From NCBI RefSeq assembly GCF_009834535.1, contig NC_045696.1, forward strand, positions 39,930,001 through 39,994,000: DNA of 64,000 bases. Direction: 5' to 3'. Every line of letters starts with the position of its first letter. The stretch's first letter is position 1. The notes under the pieces are model-generated. The model did no database searches and was not told the DNA's origin. It saw only the letters and a program-made list of their open reading frames with translations. The stretch is from Camelus ferus. Its lineage: Eukaryota. The position numbers and the translations under genes are program-made. Shown piece after piece: positions 1 through 13,755 of the stretch.

Positions 1-2690
1 AAAATTAGGCAAAATGAGGTGACAGAGGAATATATCCCAAATGAAGAAATCAGTGAAGTAGAGACAGGCAACCTACCTAATAAAGACTTCAAGGTAATGA
101 CTGTAAAGATGCTCAAATAACTCAGGAGAAGAAGGCATAAACAGAGTGAGAAATGTAATAAAGAGTTAAAAAATATAAAGAATAGCCAAACAGAGATAAA
201 GAATACAATGACTGAAATGAAAAATACACTAGAAGGAATATAGAGTAGATTAAATGATAAAGAGGAATGATCAATGTACTGAAAGACAGAGTAGTGGAAG
301 TCACTGAAGCTGAACAGAAAAAAGAATAAAAAGAAATGAGGACAGTTTAAGAGACCTGTGTGACAATGTCAAGCATACTAACATTTGCAATATTGGAGTC
401 CTAGAAGGAAAAGAGAGAAAGGGATAGAGCACACATTTGAAGACATAATAGTTAAAAATGCCCCTAACCTGGAAAAGGAAATAGACATCCAAGTCCAGGA
501 AGCACAGATAGTTCCAAATAAGATTAATGCAAAGTGGACCACAACAAGACACATTATAATTAAAATGGTAAAAATTAAAGACAAAGAGAGAATATTAAAG
601 GCAGAAAGGGAAAAGCAACAAGTTACATACAAAGGGCCTCCCATAAGGTTATCAGCTGACTTTTCGGCAGAATCTCTGCAGGCCAAAAGTGGGTGGTATG
701 ATATATTTAAAGTATGCAAGGGAAAATCTACAACCAAGAATACTCTACTCAGCAAGGCTTTCATTCATATTTGCTGGAGAGATCAAAAGTTTTACAGACA
801 AGCAAAAGCCAAAAGAGTTCAGGACCACCAAACCAGCTTAACGGTAAATGTTAAAAGGACTTCTCTAAGTAAAACATAAAAGGCCATAACTAGAAACATG
901 AAAATTACAATAGGAAAAAGGTCACTAGTAAAGGCAAATACACAGTAAAGGTAGCAAATCAGTTATGCATAAAACTAGTAGAAAGGTTAAAAGACAGAAG
1001 TACTAAAATCATCTATATCTGTAATAAATTATTAAGGAATACACAAAACAAAATGATGTAAAATATAATGTCAAACAGTAAATGTGGTTGGGTGAGTAAA
1101 ATTCATGTTAAAAATATTTGAACTTAAGAGATCAGCAGCTTAAAATAATCATATATATCTATATCTGTATATCTAGATATATAGAAATAGGTATAGACAT
1201 ATAGATTGGTAGTGACAAACCAAAAATCTGTAATAGGTACACCTACACAATTGACAAAGGAGAGGGGAGGGTATCACTCAGTGGTAGAGTGTATGCTTAA
1301 AATGCAGGAGGTCCTGGGTTCAATCCCCAGTACCTCCATTTAAAAAATAAATAAATAAATAAATAAAACCAATTATCTCCTCTCCCTGAAAAAAAGCTCC
1401 AAAAAGTTAAAAAAAAAAAAAAAAAAAGAGAGAGAGGAAAAGAAAAAAAAAGACAAAGGAATCCAAACATAACACTAAACATAGTCATAAAATCTTAAGA
1501 GAAGAGAAAAAAAAGAAAGGAACAAAAAAGAACTACAAAGACAACCTCTAAACAATTAACAAAATGGAAATAAATACACACCTATCAATAATTACTTTAG
1601 ATGTAAATGGACTAAATGCTTCAATCAAAAGACAGAGTGGCTGAATGGATACAAACACAAGACCCATATATACACTGCCTACAAAAGACTTCAGATCTAA
1701 TGACACACAATATTTATATTCCATATAAATGGAAAGAAAAGAAAGCCAGCATAGCAATATTTATACTGACAAAATAGACTTTAAAACAAAGACTGCAACA
1801 AGAGGCAAAGAAGGATATTACATAATGATAAATTACGTAATCAGGTCAAGGAAAAGATATAATAATTATAAATATATATGCATCCAACACACAAGCACCT
1901 AAATTCATAAAGCAAATATTAACAAACATAAAGGGAGAAACTGACAGTTAAACATAATAATAGTAGGGCACTTTAATATCCCATTTATATCAATGGACAG
2001 ATTATCTAGACAGAAAATCCATAGGGAAACACTGGACTTAAATGACACATTAGATCAGATGATCATAGTAGATTTCATAGAACATTCAATCCAAAAATCA
2101 GAATAAATGAGTCATGGGTATAAAACACAATGTGGGGAATATAGTCAATAATAAGTAATATCTTTGTATCATGATATATCATAACTAGACACATTGTGGT
2201 GATCATTTTGAAATGTAAGAAAAAAACCACTCTTTTGTGTAACATGAACTAACACAGGGTTGTAGGTCAATTAAACTTCAAAAACAAAAACATTCCAACA
2301 AACTTTTAGTTAAAGTAATGAGATTTGTGGTTACCAGAGGTGGGGACTGGGGACAGAGGGAATTGGATGAAGTCAGTCAAAAGGTATGATAAACTTCTAG
2401 TTATAAAATAAATAAGTACTAGTGATGTAACATACAACATGATAAACATAATTAACACTGCTGTATACTATATACAAAAGTTCTTAAGAGAGTACATGCT
2501 AAGAGTTCTCATCATGCATACACAATTAAAAAAATGTCTTTAATTTGGTATCTGTATGAGATGATGGATGTTCACTAAATTTACTGTGATAATCATTTCA
2601 TAATTTATGTAAGTCAAATCATTATGCTGTATACCTTTAACTTATACAATACTGTTTGTTGGTTATGTATCATTAATTGGAAGAAAAATT
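1..2690 (+). mobile_element. LINE-1, internally deleted: ORF1, inter-ORF region, ORF2 endonuclease start, then 3' UTR
   Basis: ORF 385-879 has L1 ORF1 motifs (IQVQEAQ..PNKIN..TTTRHIIIKM..KDKERILKA.REKQQVTYKG.PIRLSADFSAE). ORF2 starts at 1564 (MEINTHLSIITLDVNGLNA). Near 2108 the sequence switches to a Laurasiatherian-type L1 3' UTR. Confidence 0.9.
1262..1451 (+). mobile_element. tRNA-Ala-derived camelid SINE (Vic-1-like) inserted in the L1
   Basis: Head GGGGAGGGTATCACTCAGTGGTAGAG...GGGTTCAATCCCCAGTACCTCCA with A and B boxes, (AAAT)n and an A-rich tail. Direct repeat GACAAAGGA at 1253-1261 and 1452-1460 is the TSD. Confidence 0.9.
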
Positions 2691-2799
2691 ATCAAATAAA
2701 ATAGTAGGGAATTTAAAATGATAAATTAGGAAAACATTAAAGAACAGCTGATGTCAAAGATGATTCCACGTTAAAAAAAAAAAACATTTTATGGTTAAA

Positions 2800-3620
2800 C
2801 ACCATACATCTTGACTAATCTGTGCTTATGCCAGGAATTCAGAAACAGAACATCAAAATTAGCTTTATGATTCATTATATAACAGATTGAAGAAAAGTCA
2901 TATGATCTTTTCAACAAATGCAGTAAAATTAGGAAAATTTAATAATTCATACTTTAAAAAATATTTTAGCAAACTAGGAACTAAAGGGAATTTCCTTAAA
3001 TTTGTAAAGTACATCTACCAAAAACCTATATCAAACATCACAGTTAATAATAATCTTTATCAGTTAATACTTTCAAATCAGCCAAAAACTCTACTAAACT
3101 CATTACTATTCAACACAATATTGATATCACAGCTAATAAACAAGACAAAAAAGAGAACGTAAGAGTTTTAAGAACTGCAAAGAATAAAGCAAAATTGTCA
3201 TTATTTTCAGATAATTTCAGAGAATCAAAAAATTTGGAAAAGACTTCTGCAGGACTACTGAAACAAGATCAACATGTAAAAAACACTATTGGTCATATAT
3301 ATTAGTCTTAAAATATCTAGAAAATGTAGCAATAACCCTATATTTAATAGCAATAAAATCTATTGCTACTATGAATAAATCAAATGAAAGACTACAAAAC
3401 ATGGAGAAAATTATTTCTTAAAGAACATAAAAGGAAACCTGAATAAATAGAGGAGAAACTACTACTTACGAATTGGAAAATTCAATATAATAAAGATGTC
3501 ATTTTATCCTGATAAATATATAAATTATAATAGTTTCAACACTATTCCAACAATTAATGAATTTATAATAAAATTTTAAAAATATTCCTATGAATGAAAA
3601 GTAGCAAAAATATAAAAGCT
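2800..3620 (+). mobile_element. Old LINE-1 ORF2 (RT region) fragment
   Basis: ORF 2887-3162 (KKSHMIFSTNAVK..FSKLGTKGNFLKFVKYIYQKPISNITVN) resembles L1 RT [38 protein letters not shown]. Confidence 0.8.
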
Positions 3621-6169
3621 GGGAGAAGAGTCACCAAAGTAATGACAATGGTTGCTTCTGAGCAGAGAGAAACGGAAGGGGGCTGGCAAAGGGAATAGAG
3701 GAAATTAAATCTCAGCAGCCAAGTTTCATTTTTTATAACAATGTATGAGGGACAAAGTGTGAACACTGTGACAATCTGTCTTGAGAACTCACAAGTATAG
3801 ATTTTAGTGATATCTTTACTTTTCTCCATTGTTTAAACTTTTCACATTCAAATAATGCTGGCTTTTGTTTGACGGGGTCTCCTCTGAAGGTGGGTAGAAA
3901 GTAAGAGTAACATGATTTTTCACTTTCACTCATTTCAACTAAAATTCTTAAGGTTTCCACATAGCTAAGTTACAATCAGGTGAAATTCTACTCTGTTATA
4001 AAAATAAGAGGAAAATATTATCCTCTAAAAAAGCAAGGTTTGTGCAGGTGATTATCAACAAGAATTTTTACTATAAAGACTGTCATCCCTGACTTCTACT
4101 GAAAAACAGGAAAAAGGCTTCGTTTACTCAGTTATATAATTTGCTTCCACAATGCCAATGATGTCTAAAATCCTACACAAATTCTTGGTCTGTGTCAGTC
4201 ACTAAATTAGTATCCTAAGCAATCATTTCAGCTGTAATTTTTTTGAATATTGTTTTCTAGGTGTACAGCTGTTTCAGTAACTACTTGTTTGTGCTTGTTC
4301 AATATCACATTGTCTAGATTGACTTGTATGGTTACTGGTTCTAACGACATTCCAAAACTTTGTATTTCTTTTACTAAGAATCATTTTGTTCCAATTGTTA
4401 TCAAAATACCAGCTCTTATTGTTATTAAGACCAGAGTTATCTATAAGTGAGTGAATTTCATGCAGGCAACAAAGTTAATGTTCACGTATATAGCACTGAG
4501 AATGTAAAAAAAAAAAAAAAAAAATCCGAAGTTTCTTAAAGGAGAATTTCGATGGAGACAGGAAGATTTCTGAAGAACCCACTATCCAAGACTGAGGTAG
4601 AGTTTATCCAGGCTTGAGAGAGCAAGACTTGTTCTCAGGCTCTTGATTTTCTGCTTAGTATGATCTCTGTTTGATTCAAAAGTACTTGGAAAATGTTCTT
4701 GAAGAACACAGATTACATACAACATGTATCATCTTTGCAAATTAGTCCTTAACCTACCATTTTAGTAGCACAGTGACTTATTTACGTAAAGAGTTAATAA
4801 GACTGATTTGTCCTTGTATATTTTGAAAGATGCTCACCTCTGTTAAGGACATGAATGAATTTCATCAGGAAGAAAACTATATTCCTAAAGTAAAATTATA
4901 TTCCCTAATATATTTTAAAGATCATTCTTCCACCTGGTCATTTTAGTACAAGGAATGCTAACCAGGGAAAAGCTTGAATTGGAGTTGGTTAATCCATCAA
5001 GAATGTTCCTATAGACAACACATAACAGGCAGTGTCCGTTTGATTCATCCACTGGCTAGCCTCTAGGTAATAAAAAGAGGAACAGCTGAGTGAGTGACAG
5101 AGCATCCCTCTGTACACTTCAGAAGCATTTATCTTATATTGTTAGGCCTGAGAAGTATATTTGTATGCCCTAGAGAAACTGTTTCTAATCAAAGTTAAAT
5201 GGGAACTGAAATCCCTGATCTAAACACATGGTTGGAACTACTTCATATCTAGTGTTGGGGCTTAAGAAAAGGCCTAGGCAACTGGATGCATGATTAAAGA
5301 TTAAAGGAATTAGTATTATTTGGTTTGGAGAAAGCACAATTAGGAAGTGCCGGACCATGAATCTTTAAACATGATGTTATTATTTAGAAGACATTGACCA
5401 GCTGTTTCCAGCTCCAGTATGTCCTGAATGTAAGAAAATTATTTAAAACAGCGACACAAGAAATACAGGCTAGATCAAATGAAGAACTCACACACTCTAG
5501 TATGAAGCTATTAAGGGCTAGAAGGGACTGCATAAGTGGCTATTATAAATATTTAATACTTGAGGGAGCTCATGTCCAGCCATTTGAATCCCACAGTATA
5601 TGGGCTGCACAGACATTCTTGGTAACATATTAATGGCATTCATTTGGATAAAAGAAAAGTAACTATTGACATGATTACATAAATTATAAGGTGATGATTT
5701 TATATACCACTGTAAAGCAAAAAAAATGGTTGTTAGGATACTTATTTTTCTTTTAAGTCATTGATGTCTTCCTCAAATTAAGCTAAATGTCGAATCTTTG
5801 CCACACACGCTGCAATTCTTTGATCCCATGGTCATAACAGAAAGGCATTGAACAGAGTGAAGGAAAACTGTATCTTCTGAAGTTTCCACAGTTTAAAATT
5901 TTCCTAGTGACGGTTACAAGCTGAAATAGCTATGAGTTAATGAAGCCCGTGTGGGTGAGATCGTGCTTTGCTCCATAAGCAGAAAGAGACTAGGCTAATT
6001 AAGTCATAGACAGAAGATGGTGCTGCTAGTAAGTACATAAACGTTCTAGCGTAAGGACAGAAATAAAGTTGATTAAACAAATCAGTTGTGTCAAGTTTCT
6101 AAAATTCAACACACACAGGCGTAAGGACAGAGTATCTCCGCCACTAACTGAAATACCTTTGTCTTTCTC

Positions 6170-8520
6170 AACATCATGAAGATTTCTTCCAGTTTCTTTT
6201 AGAAGTTTTATAGATTTAGCTTCTACAATTATATCTATATTTCAATTTAATTTTTGCAGATAGTGTGAGATGAAGATTAAACTTCATTGTTTTCCATCTT
6301 GGTATCCTATTGTTTCAACAGAATTTGTTGAAAAACTCTCCCCATGAATTACTTTAGCGACTTTGCTGAAAATAACTGATCAAATATGTATGGATCTGGT
6401 TTTGAACTTTCTATTCTATTCCATTGATTTATATGTCTAATTTTATACCAGTGCCACATTGTCTTGAGCATCGTAGCTTCATAGTATTAGCCATTTGTAC
6501 ATTTTCCTTGAAGAAATATCTACTCAAGTCTGCCTTCTCACAGGTTTTCAGCAATTTGATTATGATTCGCCTTTGTGTGATTGTATATGTGTGTGTGTTT
6601 GTAGTGTGTGTGTGTTTAACACTGCTTGATATTGTCCCATGTGTAACTGGTGCTCTGTTCCTTTTTTTCCCAGCCACATTTCTTTTCTTGCTTCGATTTT
6701 GGAGAGATTATATTTTATTGACTTTAAGTTTATTGATCATTTCTTCTTTAGTGTTGAAACTTCTGATACCAGTCAGATACCAGAAAATTTCATTTCTAAC
6801 ATTTTATTTTTTCATGTATTTTTCATCTCTAGATGTTCCATGGTTCTTTTTTCTAAAGTATATTTTTCTCCTCGTTATGTTCATGTTATCTTTTAAACAC
6901 TTGAACATCCTATAGTAGTTTTTCTTAACCTCTTCTTTTAGTTCTCTTAGTCCTGACACTTTTTTTTTTTTCTGATTTCTCTCCCTGGCTATGGGTCACA
7001 ATTACCTGGTTCGTGGCATGTCTACTAATTTTTTGCTGGATGTTGGACTGCACGAATATTATGCATCCAAGTACGTAGATTTCAATGTCTTCCTTGAAGA
7101 GTGTTTCACTTTGTTCTGACAGGCAGTTAAATTACCTGTTGATAAGTTGGACCATTTTTAGGTCTATTTTTAAGATTTTTAGGGCAGGTCTAGAGTTGTA
7201 CTCCAGTCTCCACGGGTAGTTCAACTCTAATTTCAAGGTATCATACTTCTGGGGTCTTCACTGAACACCTGGTTTATCTCTAAGGGCTCTCCATTTTGAT
7301 GTCAGAGCTCAATTTCTTCTTGTATAAACACTAGGAATTGTTTAGCTTATACTTCCCAATTGTTCTTTGCCTGGCTTTGTGAAGTTTCACTATAATCACA
7401 TCCAGCTTTAATACTCAAGAAAGACTCAAGGGAGCTGCTATGCACATTTTTGGAGCTTTTTGTGAATATGTCTCTCCTTCGTGAAACTCTGTGCTACAAT
7501 TTCCAACCATCTCAGTCTTCCTGAACAGTGATTTTCATCTCCTCAGTTCCGTGAGGCCACTGTGTTCTTCTTGTGCTCCCACCCCTGCCCTCATATCTGT
7601 GGTTTGGAAACTGCCTTTAGGTAGAAAATTGGAGCAATTGTAGGGCATACTTTGTTTTCCTTCTCTCAATCATCACATTCTGTGCTGCCCACTGCCCGAA
7701 GTTTGAAAGCAGTTGCTTCATATATTTTGTCAGTTCCTAATTGTTTACAGCATGTTAGGTCCAATATTTGTCACTTTGTTATGACCCACAGAAGAAATCC
7801 ATAACTGATTTTTACATTTTTAAATTAGGGTCTATTTCAAGTCCACAAAAAATTATACGAAGATACACCCACTTTAACCAGATTAAAAACTATTTTACTC
7901 TTACGGCTCAGAGCATTTAATAGGAAAGAAAAAATGTTATGGATGTAGTTAAAGCTTTATTTACCTCAAGTCTATTTTTTTCTCTTCTATATTAGAGGGA
8001 AACAGTGTGTATGTTTCTTAAACATATTTTAATACTTTCATTACAAATCTATTTGCCCATAAACACTATGTAACATGGTTTTCTTCATATTTCATCTCAG
8101 TAGCAGGTTCTCTCTACTAACATCTAAGACTTTTTCTGCCCATGCAGAGCCCATCCTTTAGACCTGAGGGTAACACTCATGTAGAACACTGCTTCTTCCC
8201 TGTGGAGTCTTTACCTCATTGGCACCTTAACTCCACACATTTCTGCCACATTAGCAGAGCCAAACTCTTACGTCTTCCTCCTCTGCTCACTGAGTGCTGT
8301 CTCCGACTTGGGCATTACCAACTACTGCAGTCATGAAAGTGGCCCTAGGAAGAAAGGGCAGATGTAAAGCTCAAATCTCATACTCTCTTTTTCTCAAGGA
8401 TCACAGAATACACTGCTTGCTGCCCATACCACAAACAACTGAAATGTAGCTTCATCCAGTTTTATAGTTGCTTGTAATAGGAGACTAACTCTGAAACCAA
8501 ATCATGGCTAGGAGCAGAAG
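6170..8520 (-). mobile_element. Old LINE-1 fragments (ORF2 3' piece plus degraded 5'/ORF1 region)
   Basis: T-rich antisense L1 text such as ataccagtgccacattgtcttga...gtagcttcatagta at 6445-6490, followed by L1M 5'-end-like sequence. Boundaries approximate. Confidence 0.6.
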
Positions 8521-8829
8521 TTTCCACATAGCCTTAAAAAGTGACATAACTGAAATGCATTACGTAATAATACGTATTCTTAGAACTTCTCTTAATAGAA
8601 AACATAACTGTTGAAAGTAAAATTCATACATACCACACTCTCATCTCAAGTTTCCTTTCTTTTGGTTAAATCAATTAATTACTCTCAGAGCTTCTGTGTG
8701 CCATTTGACACTGGATTCTTTTCTGTGTCCATAAGCCACTTCTGTGTTATATGTCCTTTTCATTCTGCTTAGTTTCTGTGGTGTCTCTCTAGCCCTCTTT
8801 TGATAATATACTGAACTCCCCTGTCACAT

Positions 8830-10000
8830 CTCTTCTATCCCATCAATAGAGTCATCAATTACCTTTTCAATTTCCAAATCCAATGGACATTTTTCAGTTC
8901 CTATTTTGTCTTATCATTTACTTTTTGACACCATTTTTGAAACATATTCTTCCTTTAGCTTCTAATTTTCCTTCTTCCCTAACAGTTTAGTGTCTTTTTA
9001 AAAACTTTTTTTGCATTTTAAAAAAGCTTTTATTTTTATTTTTAATTTTTTTTGTTTTTTGGGGTGAGGTAGTTAGGTTTATTTATTTATTTGTTGTTTT
9101 AGTGGAGGTACTGGGGATTGAACCCAGAACCTCGTGCATACTAAGCATGCACTCTACCACTGAGCTATACCCTCCCCAATTCAGTGTCCTTTGATGTTCT
9201 TTTTCCTCTGCACATTCCTTGAATGTTGATGTTTTTAGGTTCTCTCATTTCTTTCCATACACTCTCCTTGAGCAATTACTTCCACTCTAGAGTTTGTAGG
9301 GTGAAAATTAAGCTAATGTAACACGGAGACCCTATAAAGTCCAATCACTTAAAGAACAAAGAAATTTTTTCAATGTCACCTAACAGTCCAAGGTAGATAC
9401 TTTAGGGTAGTGGGAAACTTTGCTCCAAGGATGTAGGTTTCTTCTCAGTCACTGCTTCACCATGCTATAAGGCATTGCTGTGGTCTCCATGGTCAATGCT
9501 CGGTTGTTTCAGGGTCCATTGTTCATCCATTGGAAAGAAGCAAAAAGTATAGAGAAAACATTCCAGCTGCCTTTACCCCTGTTCAGGGAATTACCATCAT
9601 CATTCTCTTAATTAGCATTCATACATCTGCTATTTTCAACTTTGGTCCATTTTCTACATATCATCCAGGATGATCTTTTAAAAGTACAAACCTGCTCATG
9701 TCACTTAAAAGCAATGGTTAAAAAGATAAAGTCCTAACCCCTTAACTTGTTTTATAAATCTTACTACATTCTAGCTCTGTATGCTCAGCTATATTGAGGA
9801 TCATTCTTTCATCTTTTTAAACTCTGTAGTCCAGCAGTATTCAAATAATCTCAGTCTCTTAATGTTATATGTTCTATCTCATCTGGTTTTTTTTCATATC
9901 TGTCATTGCCTTTGTCTAGATATCTCTTTCTCTTTTGCTTGCTGTTTTCCATCTTTCACTCATTCATCAGGTTTCAGCTTAAATTTTACTTCCTCCAGTG
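8830..10000 (+). mobile_element. L2 fragments interrupted by a SINE and a probable MaLR-like LTR relic
   Basis: tccaaatccaatggacatttttcagttcct resembles the L2 RT SNGxFSV region. L2 3'-like sequence lies at about 9660-9990. Confidence 0.6.
8998..9177 (-). mobile_element. tRNA-Ala-derived camelid SINE (Vic-1-like)
   Basis: Reverse complement reads GGGGAGGGTATAGCTCAGTGGTAGAGTGCATGCTTAGTATGCACGAGGTTCTGGGTTCAATCCCCAGTACCTCCA followed by (AAAT)n and an A tail. Confidence 0.92.
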
Positions 10001-13000
10001 AATTTGTAAGTGATTCTAATGTAGATAATTGGAGAAATAATTGAAAAAGAATGTAGAAAATATAATGAGAAGTATTAATAAAACTACTGACTTAGCAACC
10101 TACTGTGTATACACTCACTGGCTATAATTTTAAGTACAAGTTCTGTTGAAGATGGCAGGCACATTTAACTGAAAACTGTGAAACCTTAACTAGGTTCACT
10201 AAAATTAGGTATCATCCAGTTATGAACATGTATATTTACATCCCTGAATCTGAATGTGGTAATGCAGAAGCAGCATCTGGGCATTTATTTAGGCATTTTC
10301 CCTCTGCTCAACTGCCATATTTTTTGTGCACTCAAATATATTCTTTATAATAGAACATAGCTAGTGAGTTCTTCTACAATGTCAGTTCAATTAACAACTT
10401 AAAAATTGAAATCTACTGTGCCTATCCTATTGTTTACACATGAAAATGGGTAGTTTGGCCTGGGTATCTTGGCACACATGCTGTATTTATTTTTAATCTG
10501 ACTCATCTCCAGTTTAATTTGAAAAATTGCCTATGTCACTGACATTGCCAAAGATATTTCATCAAAGTCTGCACTTCATCAGATCTCCAAGATGATGGGG
10601 GAGAATTACGATTTTTCTAAGGTGGCTCCAGTAATTTCAGGCTTGGAAGAATTTCTTTTTCTTTTAGACCATCCTTATTAAAATGCTTTCAGTATAAAAA
10701 TTCATCCCAATAAGCTCCATCCATCAACTGTTTTGGATTTCACCATACAGCTTTTTATCCAGAACTTCTTTATTTATCTTTTTTGTCTTGTATGGGACTG
10801 ATTCTGTGCATTTCTTTTATTTTGTATAGAGTTGACGCTACAGTTTTCAATTTCTCAACTATTCCATGATTTAGAGGAAAAATACTTGCTTTACATTTTA
10901 TATAGTACTTAAGACAATACATATCATATATTAGCTACTTAGTAAATAACTGAGAACTAAGAAGTCTATGGACACCAATGAAATGACTAATAGGGGTAAT
11001 TCTTCAAATACTTGAGGAAAAGATATAAGGATATAAAATACTGCCATCTTAATGAATGTTTTATTATTTTCTTCCAAAGAGAGTCATTCCCTAAATTAAT
11101 CTCTACAGGTTCCTGACTTTAAGTAAATAAATGCTAATAAAATAATTTACTATTATGTAAACTAATGAGTCACAGTATTAAATTCTATGTTTTGCGATCG
11201 TTCTTATGAAAGAAATTACCCATGAATCTTTATAATGGGATTATAACAGACTTAGTAATATGCTAGCTGCTCTTTATTGCACCCAAACTGTTCCCTATTT
11301 CCCATCATTTCTGGTGGTGAAGTGAGGAATGAAATTTTCTAGAAAAGAGCACAATGAAAGGTTCACAGCATGGTAACTGAATATATAAACTTTCAGAAGG
11401 ATTTACAAAGGAGGAAGCAACAAAAGGATTGAGTCAGGAGATTCTCTGTGAAAATGGGAAAATGTCAGGCTAACTACAAAAGTAATATCACTAGGAGAAG
11501 GGGAAAGAAGGCTGGAGATGGTGTTGTGGAGCTGAGTCATGTGAAATTCCACGAACCCCTACTTCCTCATCCCGATAGAAAGAAATGACATGCCTATAAC
11601 TTCAGGAGATACGAGGGTTTCAGTAGTAATAGGAATCGTATGGAAGATTGGCTATCACAAATGTGAACACCAACTTCATAGCAGAGGTATCATTTTTAGG
11701 GGTGCAAATAAATGTCTCAAATATTTTCCAAAAGAAGGAAAATGAAAATGCAAGTAAAGATCAGAATTACATAAGATCCAGGTGAAGGTGATGGGATGTC
11801 TATGTCACTTGTGAATTCATTTACCCAGGATTTTCCCCAAATCACAAGCCTGTAAATGGCAGAGTGCAAAGTTCACAGACCTGTTTTTAAACAAGCTTTC
11901 ACTGAAACATGGGCATTATTAATTCTTGGCCTAGATATCAGAGGATAGTTCAAGACATAAGCAGCAGGGTAACTGAAGAAGGTTAGGGGTCAAACCTGTA
12001 CTGAATCATCTCAAGAATGATTGTTCCAGAATCTTCTAGCTAATTACATTAAGTTTTACAATGTGAAATTACAAACAGTAGACCACTTTTGTTTTTAAAA
12101 ATATTTATGATGATTAACTGGCTAGAAGAGACATTTGGACTATTTCCCACACTTCCATCCCTACTCTGCAACCTCAGAAGTTGTAAGAGCTCTTTCATGC
12201 TGCACCCAAGTTACCAAGGAAAACCAGAGGACAAGTCTCAGAGAAACAGACTGTCTTTCCAAAAATATTTTGCCCCCAGTCCTTAAAGTTCTACCAAAGT
12301 AGTGACCCAGTACACAGTGACTGTAAACATTCCCAGCACATTGGAATCTGATGGTTATGCTTAGAAAATTGTGTGAGTTTCAAATGGTTTGGGGTATGTT
12401 TTTTTTTTTCTTTTTATGTTAGGTGAAACTACTGTTATATTACAGTGAGGTTAGTGAAAATTTTCCGAGGAACTACATATCTTTTTGAGGCCTGGTGTTT
12501 TTTGAGCTCAACGGTGCTTTCCAGCAGAATCCACTGTATAATATTTTATAAAATATTATTTCATATTATTATTATTATTTTATAAAATACTATTGCATAT
12601 AATTACATTAACCATATCAAGCTAAACTTTAAAATACTGATAATTATCCCAATAATAACATTAGAGAATTAAAAAGTGTGCATATGTCCCCACGCATGTG
12701 CACCTTCAAAACTTAACTCTTTAATATGAGACTTACAGACATAACCACTCTAGGGGCTGGGGACTATTAACTTTGTTTAAAACTAATCACATTGCTTAAA
12801 AATGGCTTTGTGCTTGACTTTGAGAATCCTGAGGAACATGCTAAGAAGTTGTTTCTAGGCGAAACAATAACAATTCTTTAGAGGAGTCAGTGTCTTCATG
12901 GCCTGGTTCTCTTACAGCCCTGGCTCTCAGAATTTAGCTCTGACTGACATAATTAAGAAATACCAACTCATTCTCATCCTTTTAAGTCTTGAAGGCATGA

Positions 13001-13539
13001 GTAAGTTTTCAGGAGACAGATCTAGGATACTTTGGAAGCACTGGGTCTGAACCCTACAGTTTTTTCTGAATATTTCACTAGGAAAATATACATTTTCCTC
13101 CATGTCTATGTAAACTGAAAATTTTGCAGTTACAGTTTTGCCACTGGATGATGCTCTTGTATTTTCAGTAAGGGAAAATCAAGCTTGAATTATATTCTAC
13201 TGTCACTATAAGTCTGGCCAGAAAGTAACCAACAATAGCATTACAATGGAAAATTTTGCAAACTGGCATCTTGTAAGCAGCAGCATTGAAAGAACTAGAT
13301 GCCAGAAAGGTGAAGTGGAGAAGACTGTACTATCTCTATTTTATTCTGTGTCTGCAAATGCTGTGGTTGGGGTGATATTTTGATCTAATAACCATGTGGG
13401 GGTTTTTTTTGCCACTGCTCCCAATAATGCTTTTATTTACAGGCCCTGTGGCTCTTGACATACGAAATAAGGCACGAGATATCCACTGCCTCAAAGAAAT
13501 GTTGTTATAGCACAATTAGATAATTTAAAATTCATATTC

Positions 13540-13755
13540 ATAAATTAGAGGTTTGGGATTTGCAGATAACATATATATACTACTATGTAGAAAATAAACA
13601 ACAAGGTCCTACTATGTAGCATACAGAACTATATTCAATATCTTATAATCACCTATAATGAAAAAGAACACATATATCATATATATGTATAATTGAATCA
13701 CTATGCTGTACACCACAAACTAACACATTGTTAATAACTATACTTCAATTAAAAA
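13540..13755 (+). mobile_element. 5'-truncated L1 3' UTR end
   Basis: Matches the 3' terminal sequence of the L1s ending near 32150 and 45690 (..gaactatattcaatatctt..ctatgctgtacacc..tatacttcaattaaaaa). Flanked by AAAATTCATA(T/C)TC direct repeats. Confidence 0.85.

Noticed and set aside
385..879. 164-aa ORF as a host gene
   Set aside because: It is a frameshifted L1 ORF1 fragment.
1264..1338. tRNA-Ala gene (also 9102-9177 on the minus strand)
   Set aside because: The tRNA-like head is followed by a SINE body, an A-rich tail and a TSD, so it is a SINE.
6049..6131. 13-bp direct repeat GCGTAAGGACAGA at 6049 and 6119 as a TSD
   Set aside because: The enclosed 57 bp has no poly(A) tail or recognisable element, so a small local duplication or chance is more likely.
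6424..6915. 163-aa hydrophobic ORF as a membrane protein
   Set aside because: It is T-rich antisense L1 plus a TG repeat, which produces spurious F/L/V-rich frames.
10500..10870. Minus-strand coding-like reading (KKINKEVLDKKLYGE..)
   Set aside because: It needs several frameshifts and stops, and I recognise no family or splice signals.
12538..12559. 22-bp AT-only palindrome
   Set aside because: It lies in low-complexity AT-rich sequence and is expected by chance.
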